Part shown: positions 51,455 to 64,000 of the stretch, in pieces | How positions within the stretch are numbered: position 1 is the stretch's first letter | How the letters are laid out: the number at the start of each line of letters is the position of its first letter | Source: the human T2T-CHM13v2.0 reference genome, Homo sapiens | Length of the DNA: 64,000 bases | Assembly (NCBI RefSeq): GCF_009914755.1 | Contig: NC_060925.1 | Reading direction: 5' to 3' (one strand) | Position numbers and translations under genes: made by a program | The notes under the pieces: generated by a model | Seen by the model: only the letters and a program-made list of their open reading frames with translations | What the model was told of the DNA's origin: nothing | Databases searched by the model: none

Positions 51455-51860
51455 GTAGTAGGGGTTATTGCATCCATGTATTGAGGAATTGTTACATTCA
51501 TTAACCATGGAAACCACAGGAATCCAAGGATGAGGAAATGCCTGAGAACTGAGGAAGTTCAGATTCTTTTTGTACATTTAAGATGAAGTATTCATTTTTA
51601 CCACATACCATGTCTTCTGTCATATTTCTGTTTTCATATAACATTGCAATAGAATAATGAAAGATAGTGACCTCTCTAGTCTTTTTAAAATATAAGATTC
51701 TGCTTCTGTGTCAAAAAACAACAAAAAATGGATATTAGGAACGTTTTGTTGTTTAAAAAAATTACTTTGTTTTTACACTTTGGTAGAAAAAACTTAAGGA
51801 ATATTTCAAACATAATACAAAGTGAGCAGAATAGAATAGTGAGCTTTTATGTAACCATTC

Positions 51861-52168
51861 TTTTTTTTTTTTTTTTCTGTAAAAAGAGACAAGGTCTTGC
51901 TCTGTCACCCAGGCTGGAGTGAAGTGGTGCTATCATAACTTGCTGCTGCCTCAGACTCCTGGGCGGAAGTGATCCTCCTGCCTTAGCCTGCCGAGTAGTT
52001 AGGACTACAGGTGCACACCACCACACCTGGCTAATTTTTAAATTTTTAATTTTTTTTGTGGAGACGGGATCTTACTGTGTTGCCCAGGCTGGTCATGAAC
52101 TTTTGGCCTCAAGCAGTCCTCCTGCTGTGGCCTCCTAAAGTGTTGGGATTGAGCCACTGTGCCCAGCC
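51861..52168 (-). mobile_element. AluJ
   Basis: Antisense Alu. Confidence 0.88.
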
Positions 52169-52174
52169 CATTGT

Positions 52175-54305
52175 TTTTATTATTTTTTAAAGGTTTATTT
52201 TTAGGTGAAGTTTACATATATTGAAATGCACAAATCTTAACTGTACAGTTGTTAATAAGTTTTATTGAGATATAATTTATATACTATAGTTATATGTACA
52301 TAATTCACATGCATTCTTTGAAGGTGTACAGTTCAGTGATTTTTTTTAGTATACTCACAAAGTTGTGCAGCCATCACCATACCTAATTTCAGAATATTTT
52401 CATCATCCCAAAAAGAAAAGAAAATCTTAATCCATTAACAGTCAGTCCCCTTCACCTATCCACTATCCTCTGGCAACCACTAATCTACCTTCTGTGTCTA
52501 TAAATTTGCCTGTTCTGGACATTTCATGTAAATGGAGTAGTACAATATGTGGCCTTTTATGTCTGGCTTCCTTCACTTAGCATGACTATATTAGTCCATT
52601 CTTGTACTGCTATGAAGAAATAACTGAGACTGGGTAATTTATAAAGAAAATAATTTTGATCGGCTTACGGTTCCACAGGCCATACAGGAAGCATGGCTGG
52701 GGAGGCCTCAGGAAACTTCCTGTTGAAGTGGCCCCCTTGAAGTGGCCACAGCAGGAGGATTAGAGATGGGGGCGGCTCCACATGCTTTTAAACAACCAGA
52801 GAACTCAGTATCATGAGAACAGCAGGGGGGAAAATCTGCCTGCATGATCTAGTCATTTCCCACCAGGGGCCTCCTCCAATGTTGGGGGTTACAATTTGAC
52901 GGGATATTTGGGCGGGCACACAAAATCCAAACTATATCGTTAATGTTTTCATGGAACAGCCATGTTGTAGCATTTATAGTCACTTCATATCTTTTTAGGG
53001 TCAAATAATATTTCATTATATGAATATACCTTTTTTTGTTTGTCTAGTCATCAGTTGATGGACATTTGGGTTGTTCCCACATTTTGACTATTGTAAGTAA
53101 TGCTGCAGTGATCATTCATGTATAGGGTTTGGGTGAACATGTTTTCATTTCTCTTGGGTACACATATCTAGGAGTGAAATTACTGGGTCAGATGATAACT
53201 CGGATTAGTGTTTTGAGGAACTGCCAAACTGTTTTTCAAAGAGGCTGTGCCATTCTACAAGCTCACTAGCGATTATCTGGTGAGTGATTATCTCACCAGT
53301 TTATCCACATCCTCACTGATACTTATTATTGTCTATCTTTTGATTATAACCATCCTAGGGTTTGAATTGGTATTTCATTGTGGTTTTGATTTGCATTTCA
53401 CTTATGGCTAATTATATTGAGGATCTTTCCACATACTTGTTGGCCATTTGTATACCTTCTTTGGAGAACTGTCTATTTAAGTCTTTTGCTCATTTAAAAA
53501 ATGGGACTGTCTTTTTATTCTTGGATACAAGCCTGTTATCAGATATGATTTGCAGACTTTTCTTCCCCCATCCTGTGCATTATCTTTTCACTTTCCTGAT
53601 GGTGTCCTTTTAAGCACAAATATTCTTAATTTTGATAAAGTTCAATTTATTCCTTTTTTTTTTGCTTATGCTTTTGATGCCGTATCTAAAGAGCTTTATA
53701 GTTTTAGCTTTTACATTTAGGTCCGTCATCTATTTTGAGTCAATTTTTTATATATGGTGTGAGGTAGGGGTCCAACTTCAGTGTTTTGCATGTGGATACC
53801 AGTTTTCTAGTACCATTTGTTAAAAAAAACTAATTCTTTCCTCATTGACTTGTGTTTGACAATCTTGTCAAAAATAAATTAACCATACATGTAAAAGTTT
53901 GTTCTTGGATCCCAGTTTTATTCCATTGATTTATGTGTCTGTACTTAGGACTGTACCATAATATTTTAATTACCATTACTTCATAGTAAGTTTTGAAATT
54001 GGGACGTTGTGAGTCCTCAAGTTTTTTTCTTTTTAAAAAACAATTTGGCTATTCTGGGTTCCTTTCACTTTTCCATGTAAATTTTAGGATCAATCTGTGA
54101 GTCTGTGCAAAAAAACGCAGCTGGGATTTTGGTAGGTATTGTATTGAATCTATAGATTGATTTGGGAAGACTTGCCATTTTAATATTATTAACATCTATG
54201 AACATGGGATGCCTTTCCAGTTATATAGATCTTATTTAATTTCTTTCTCTGATATTATGTAGTTTTCATTGTACAATTCTCGAACTACTTCTGTTAAATT
54301 TATTC
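52175..54305 (-). mobile_element. L1MB 3' portion with a nested MST/THE1 LTR (52587-52939)
   Basis: L1 3'UTR and ORF2 motifs; tattagtccattctt...caaactatatc MaLR LTR. Confidence 0.87.
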
Positions 54306-54308
54306 CTG

Positions 54309-55372
54309 AGCCAGGCACGGTGGTCCCAGCTACTCAGGAGGCTGAGGCAGGAGGATTGGGTAGGAGGATTGCTTGAGCTTAGGAGTTTGAGACTTCAGTG
54401 AACTATGAGAGCTATGATGTGCCACTGCACTCCAGCCTGGGTGACAGAGCAAGGCCCTGTCTTTAAAAATGTAAGTATTAAAAGAAATACTTTGAACATA
54501 TAGAAACAAAGTAAACCATTTTCCTTGATAAGATAAAGCATCACTTTCTCCTATCCTCATTTAATTTAAAGTTCTTATCAGTACTTGAGCCCCTCTGTTG
54601 ATTCTCAGTTCTGAGGATTTTTTGATAGTAGTTAAAGAATTCTCCCATAATCAGGGAGATAGAAGGGTAGTTTGTGAAGTGCTTATCTAGTACTAAAAAT
54701 ACTTTTAAAATTTCAAAGCATTGTCATTATAGTATAGTTATGGATCCTAATTACATTACCTTTTTTCTTTTCTTTCTTTCTTTTTTTTTTTTTGAAACGG
54801 AGTCCAGGCTGGAGTGCAGTGGCACCATCTCGGCTCAGTGCAAGCTCCGCCTCCCAGGTTCATGTCATTCTCCTGCCTCAGCCTCATGAATAGCTGGGAC
54901 TACAGATGCCCACCACCATGCCCGGCTAATTTTTTTGTATTTTTTAGTAGAGACGGGGTTTCACCATGTTGGCCAGGATGGTCTCTATCTCCTGACCTCA
55001 TGATCCGCCCTTCGTGGCTTCCCAAAGTGCTGGGATTACAGGCGTGAGCCACTGCACCCGGCCTTTTTTTTTTTTTTTTTTCTTCATTAAAAGAGACAGG
55101 GTCTCTCTGTTGCCCAGGCTGGAGTGCAGTGGCGTGATCATAGCTCACTGTACCCTCAAACTCCCGGGCTCAAGTGATCCTTCCACCTCAGCCTCCTGAG
55201 TAGCTAGGACTACAAGTGCATGCCACCACACCTGGCTAATTTTTAAAATATTCTGTAGAAACGGGGTCTTGGTATGTTGCCCATGCTATTCTTGAACTCC
55301 TGGCCTCAAACAATCCTCCTGCCTTGGCCTCCTTAGGTGCTGGGATTACAGGCATGCCACTTGGGCCCAGCC
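54309..55372. mobile_element. Alu cluster: monomer + (54309-54468), Alu - (54761-55063), AluJ - (55064-55372)
   Basis: Alu bodies read directly. Confidence 0.87.
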
Positions 55373-55379
55373 AGGGCCA

Positions 55380-55766
55380 ACTTTTAGCATCCATAGGTTC
55401 TATGGGTCACACTGCAGAACTTGAGTATCTGTGGATTTTGGTATCCTCAGGAGGTTCTGTGACCAGTGCCTTGTGGATACCAAGGGACAACTAAATAGCA
55501 TATACATAAACCAGTAACACAGTCGTTTGTTATCAGTATTATGTATTGTACATAATGAGTATATGTGCAAGACTTTATGCTACTGGCAGTGCAGTAGGTT
55601 TGTTTTATACCAACATCACTGCAAACACATTGTAAAGCATTGCATTACAGTGGTTACAAAGTCACTGGGTAATATGAATTTTTCAGCTCCATTATAATCT
55701 TATGGGACCACTGTTGTATATGTAATCTGTCGTTGACCAAAGTTTTACTGTGTAGCACATGACTAT
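55380..55766. mobile_element. MER2-like end followed by a Tigger3-family fragment
   Basis: ggattttggtatcc...ggataccaagggacaact; attataatcttatgggaccact...gtcgttgacc...catgact. Confidence 0.75.
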
Positions 55767-55807
55767 GCTTAGAAGGAAGGATCAACTATGTAAATAATGA
55801 AGGAGGA

Positions 55808-56103
55808 GGCCGGGTGCATTGGCTCACGCCTGTAATCCTAGCACTTTGAGAGGCTGAGGCGGGCGGATCGCTTGAGGCCAGGAGTTTGAGACCAGCTGGG
55901 CCAACATAGTGAAACCCTGTCTCTACTAAAAATACAAAAAATTTAGCCAGGTGTGGTGGCACATGTCTGTAATCTCAGCTACTCAGGAGGCTGAGGTTCA
56001 CTTGAACCCAGGAGGCGGGGGCTGCAGTGAGCTGAGATTGCACCACTGCACTCCATCCTGGGTGACAGAGCGAGACTGTCTCAAAAAAAAAAAAAAAAAA
56101 AAA
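55808..56103 (+). mobile_element. AluS
   Basis: Sense Alu. Confidence 0.9.
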
Positions 56104-56442
56104 GATGAGGAAGAAGGGCAATTTTGGTAGTAGGTACAATATGTATGAATGCCTTGGGTGGAAAAGATCTTGGTTTGTGAATAATTGATAGGCAGCCCCG
56201 GGTGAATCTTGAGATGGAAAGACATATTCCTGTGGGAGAAGAAAACTAATATATCATATTTGACTTGTAGCTTTTTCAGCCTAGTAATTATGTTAGTTTC
56301 CCAGTTTTGTTGGTGTTTGAAGAACTATTTATAAAGTCCTTTTGTATTTATCTATGTGATAAATACAGAGCTTTGAAAATGTATACTACAGGCAGCTGTC
56401 TTTGAACTTTTTCTTGTTGTTTCAAAATTGGGCAGACAGCTA

Positions 56443-56772
56443 CAGGTTGAATATCCCTTATTTGAAATGCTTGGGACCAGAAGGGTTTTAGGATTTTAGG
56501 CTTATTTGCATATACAAATGAGATGTCTTGGGGATGAGACCCAAGTTTAAACACAAAATTCATTTATGTTTCATACACACGTTGTATGCTTAGTCTAAAG
56601 CTTATTTTTTCGTTCGGGACACTGAATAAACTGTGTTGTGCCACCTGCGTTTTGACTACAACCTGTTACGAGGTCAGATGTGGAATTTTTCATGTGTGGT
56701 TGATGCTTAGAAAGTTTCAGATTTTGAAGCATTTCAGATTTTGGACTTTCAGGTTAGGGATGCTCAACTTGT
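56443..56772. mobile_element. Tigger4/MER46-type MITE
   Basis: TIRs caggttgaatatccct / agggatgctcaacttg flanked by TA. Confidence 0.85.
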
Positions 56773-56876
56773 ATTAGTATCTGAGGACACTTAACAACCA
56801 AGTTGAACCATCTGTAGAAATGCATCATTTCATCACTGATAGATGACTTCAGTTAGACTTATAAAAAAGGACTTAA

Positions 56877-57176
<300 letters not shown>

Positions 57177-58132
57177 TTAATGGCAAAATATACTGTGGAC
57201 AAGAGGCTGGATACTGTCGATACTGGCAGTGAATGGCCTGATTTCATTCACCATTTGCTAAATCTGAAAATATTCTTGGCCTTCCCCACTGTATGTGACC
57301 TCGGTTCATAATTGGGATCCAAAGGTGACAAATATCTAGAATAACTTTGTCTCAGAAATAGTATCACTTAACTGGGGTTTACCATAGTAGAGCCAAGTAT
57401 TACCTATCTTTCTTTACAACTTTAAGGAAGTAATTTTACTTCTGAGTTCCAGATTTTTCACTTGTTAAACAGTAGTCTTCCCTTCCTATTCTATGGCATT
57501 ATTAGGAGGAGAAAATGAGATATGAATGCTTTGAGAAAGTTAAGCAGTATAGCAAGATGAAGATATTTTCAAGCCCTTATCATCCATATGCTCTACTACC
57601 TACCAAAGATCCAGTTCATACTTTTGTTTATAGTAATTGGAACTTTTAAAACTCTAGGGTATAGTTAGTGGCTTGCAGCAAGAGCCCCTCAGTTCTCTTA
57701 TTTTTTTCTCGTTGGTCTTAGGACCAGAGTCTGCAGGATTATAATGACAACGCTGAACTTTCCAGTTCATCCTTGCCTGAATTGTTAGTGGAGGCTCATT
57801 TTATGTAGTGTAATCAACTTTATAAATTCTGGACTTGAACATGAATGTATGTACCTGTACTTAATTCACATTTATCTGTGGTTTTAATGTATATTAGTGG
57901 CCTTGTTGGTTTTGGTGTTTTAAGTCTGTAGTTAACCTTTCTTTATTATTCATTGTATATGTGAGATAATATAATCAAGGATTCCTTTTGCACAAATAAT
58001 TTAGATGGCTATGGGTATTGTGATGTAAAGATTTTACCAGTTGTCATATTGGCTTTTAAAAAAATCAGATATATTTTTGAAATCTATTACTGTTTCTAAA
58101 TGTTTGGTATTTACCATTTTGAAAATACTTGA

Positions 58133-58458
<326 letters not shown>

Positions 58459-59159
58459 TCATTTACAATTTTTAAAAAAATCTTAAGATCTGTATTTTTT
58501 ATAGTTTATAAAAGTTTTTTTGTGATCACAAAAATACATGCTTTTGGTAGAAACACAAACATACAAAGATGTTCTATAAAACTGACTTTTTATCGTACAT
58601 TTTAAGATATTTAAAAATATTTTCTGTAATTTCATGAAGAGTACTAAAGCCACAGTCACTGACATTGTAAACACCTCTGTTCATTCTCTAACCTGTTAGG
58701 TGGTTAAGCTATTTTTAATTCTAGGGGGCTCAGGCTGAACTTGAGGTTGGGGAGGAGAATTTGCCTCTGCTTTTAGTTGCAATTTTCAAGTGAGGTGAAA
58801 TTAAGTAAAATTTGTAAGAGCTTTTTTGGCTTTTTAATTCTAGATAAATACATAAATAAATTTGGGTCTCTGTAATAGAATATGTGCTTTTATAGGATAG
58901 TGATATTTGCTTGATAAATGGAGGATTTACTTACTAGTGTGTGTATTGATAAATACAGACTTTGATTAGTTTATTCAAGAGAGATTTTTAAGTCCCTACT
59001 TTATGCCATACCTTGAAAAGTTTTAGAGTGTCAGTGATGAGCAAAATGTTTACTTTCAATTGTAATTCAAAATGCAAATTCCACTTGTTTACATGGAGTT
59101 ATTAGATTGTAAATTTCTAGAAAATTGTTTGATTCTGCCTTTAAAAAAAAAGAAAGATG

Positions 59160-60550
<1,391 letters not shown>

Positions 60551-61904
60551 TATTTTTCCTAGTTTTAACAACTTCTCCATTTTTGTAACCTTGTAGCTTG
60601 TATGAATGTTCAAACATTTTTTTGCCCCTAAAACTTTTTTGACCTTTTTGAGGAGCTAAACTTTTAGAATAAGCTAAACTCAGCCTGTTAGTCCTCACTT
60701 CTAAACCCCATGCAGTCTGGCATTTGAAGTCAGTGCTCGTATGTGACGTTTGAATTGTTATATTCAATAAACAGTTTTTATTACTCATTTTACTTAACCC
60801 GTCTGGTACATCTGGTATACTACTACTTAGTTGTATTTTCTCATTTTTTTGGTAATATTTTACTCTCTGGGTTATCCTTGTATTTCTCTGGTGACTTCTT
60901 TTCCTCAGGATACTTTTATAAAAAAGCATTTTAAATTTTGTATTTAAAACATTTTTAAAACATGGCAATACAAGATCTTGCCATGTTGCCCAGACTAGTT
61001 TTCTAACTTCTGGCCTCAAGCAATCCTCCCACTTCAGCCTCCCAAAGTGCTGGGATTATAGGTGACAGCCACTGTGCTTAGCCCCTCTGGAGTTGTTTGT
61101 CCATCATTCAAATAAGAGTTTTCCAGAGATTCCTATACTTACCTTTCATGAACCATTAACTGGTGGGGTGGAGATAGTGTACTGACAAGATTGCCAACGT
61201 TTCATTTTAGAAAGTAAGAATGTTTTAAACTGTGACCACCATCATTGCATAAAAGATACTTACATTTAAGAATATAAGAAGGATATGCCCTCAAAATACA
61301 GAGTGGTCTTTTAAGTTAACTAACTTAATTAAATACTGAATACATTGTTCTTGCTTTTCTTACTTTGCTGTAGATCAGTACTGGTTTATGGACTTGAGTT
61401 GAGAACCACTGCCTTATTAAAACAATTGTTTCTTGAGCTGTTTTAAGGAAAGGGAGTGTGGAGTTTCTGTTGTCTCATGTCAGAGAAAACTATATATAAA
61501 GTATTTCTTAACATATTAAAATCTCCAAGAAGTCCTTTTGTGAAAAAGCCCCACAGTTTACCTGGTTACTGGGATGTCGTCTTCTACTTTTTCTTTGGTA
61601 ATTTTTTCCCCACCTTTTTTCTGTTTTCATGTGCTGGATGTCTTAGATGAGCCTTTGGTTGTCTTAATCTGTTTTCTCTTATTATATATGTTTGGTTTTT
61701 CTTCTCTTGAAATTTTTATTTTGGCTATAATTTTATTTCTTAGAGCTCCTTATTATTTCATGGATGTAATATTTTCTCATATCTCTGAGGATATTAATTG
61801 GTTATTGAAACAGTTTTTTCACATACCAACTATTAACATTCTTTAGAACTAGTATTCAGAAAATATCCTTTTGAAACACTACCATAGATGTTGATGTTAC
61901 CAAG

Positions 61905-61944
61905 GGTTTGTCTTCACTGCTTTTGGTTTGTCTTCACTGCTTTT
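61905..61944. repeat. Perfect 20-bp tandem duplication GGTTTGTCTTCACTGCTTTT x2
   Basis: Direct reading. Confidence 0.95.
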
Positions 61945-62488
61945 ATCATTTTCTATCTTTTAAAAAGTAAATTTGGAATATTTAATGGCATGCTACTTGC
62001 TAAAAGTTTAAAAATCAGATAATTTTGAAATTAAAAGGCTTTTTTACCAAAACAATGTAGTTTCTTGTCTGTTCCCTCCGCCCCTTCCCACTCCTTAGAG
62101 GCAATAACTTTTAACCCTTAGCTAATTCTTTATATCTCTAAATAAAATAGCACTGCATTTAGATTCATCAATTTTATATATTTTTTATAATGTTAGATGA
62201 GAATGAATGAGGAGAGGAATAAGGGGGTAAGCTTTCTCTATAAATATATTCTCTGTAACATAATGTTAGATGAAACATAATGTTATAGAGAAAGCTTTCT
62301 CTATAAACATGTTAGATGAGAAAGAAATTCATTGCTTCTCTCCTCATTCTTTCAGTATAGTTATATAAAACATTTTAAACTGTTTTCATTTGTGAGTATA
62401 TAAAAATTGTTTACATATGAAGAACCACGTAGAATATGGTACCACAAAGTAGTGGTGAGGGTTAGTTAATGCTTGTAAAGAATTTAGA

Positions 62489-62795
<307 letters not shown>

Positions 62796-63299
62796 TCAAA
62801 TACTTGTTAGCTGTTATTTCTAGATTTACATTTTTTTCTTATACAACTGTGTTTAAAAATTGCCTCATTAAAAAACAAAATTTGCCTAGTTTTCTTTGAA
62901 CATTAAAATCTTCATACATCTTCAGTTCCACAAAATGTCTCACAGTGCACTTTTCCACAATGTCAATCTGTCATCTAATTTATCAGTGCCATTTATTTTT
63001 CTTAGAGATATCCTCCTGGAGTTCTTCTGGAGTTCTGCTCTAATTTGGACTGGTTCTCTAGACCTGCTGCATGGAAGTTGTCTTGGGGCTTTCCTTTACC
63101 ATCATCCTGGGAATTCCTTTCTCTTCCCTTCTGTGTGACATACCTTGCATTCCGTGCCTGCCTTTTATTTGGTTTACTCCCTCTGTTTAGTTTTATTAAG
63201 CTCAAATAAAGTGTGCTTGGGGGATAAATCTTTAAATACTTTATATGGCTGAAAATGTTCTAATTTTCATACACATACACTCTTTTTTTAAAAAAATAC

Positions 63300-63460
63300 A
63301 TTTTAGAGATAGGGTCTCTCTGTGTTGCCCAGGGTGGAGTGTAGTGGCTATTCACAGGCATGATCATAGTACACTACAGCCCTGAACTAGGCTCAAGCGA
63401 TCCTCCTGCCTCAGCCTCTGGAGTAGCTGGGACTACAGGAGTGTGCCACTGTAGCCCAGC
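63300..63460 (-). mobile_element. FAM monomer within old L1ME fragments
   Basis: ggctattcacaggcatgatcatag 7SL-like segment. Confidence 0.78.
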
Positions 63461-64000
63461 TTTACTTACTCTTTTTAGTCCCTTGATTGATAATTTGACT
63501 GGTTATAAGGTTGATTTTCACCCAGAATTTATTTTTCACTCAGATTTTTAAGTGAATAGTTCCACTGTCTTCTGACTTGTAATATTGCTATAATGATTAT
63601 TATTCTCAGTCCCTTGTTAGTTGCCCTTTTATCTCTTTGTAAACGTAGTATCTTTGTCCTTGATTTTCTTAGAACAGGTCTTTTTTGTTCAGTTTGCTGG
63701 ACACTTGTGGCCTTTTCAATCTGGTTACTTCTTTCAGTACTGGGATGTTTTCTTTTACTTTGATAATTTTTTCTCCACTTTTTTTCTGTTTTCACATGTT
63801 GGATATTTCTGATTGGTCCTCTAATTTTCTTAATCTGTTTTCTCTTATTTTCTATCTTGGTTATATAAGGTGAAAACTTTTGTAATCACCCCAGGGTCAA
63901 AAGTAGAACATTGCCAGCTAACCCAGAAACCCACATTGCAACCCTTTCATCCCCCAGATAATCTCCATCCTGACTTCTGTGGTGATTATTTTTTCTTTGT

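Overview
Primate, almost certainly human, genomic DNA: AT-rich and dense in repeats (dozens of Alus including an AluYa5, L1 remnants, MIR/L2, MaLR and ERV1 LTRs, and hAT, Tigger, piggyBac and mariner fossils). About 48.5 kb of intergenic sequence precedes a CpG-island promoter and first exon (~48850-49118) that ends ...ATGAG|GTGAGA, followed by an intron running off the window end. From memory I assign this exon to MTF2 (PCL2, a PRC2.1 subunit whose protein begins M-R-D-S-T). Only 5 coding nt are in the window, so this needs BLAT confirmation. None of the long ORFs in the track looks like a real gene. There is no CRISPR, rRNA, tRNA or prokaryote-type system. The most unusual observation is a 46-nt hairpin RNA copy resembling the 5' end of an ERV1 LTR transcript, inserted with a poly(A) tail and a 13-bp TSD (22731-22882). 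Also notable are four uORFs in the 5'UTR (two start inside TF motifs), a candidate poison exon, a near-perfect NRF2/MAF ARE and several templated-insertion scars. Repeat family names come from remembered consensus sequences, and boundaries are approximate unless a TSD is quoted.
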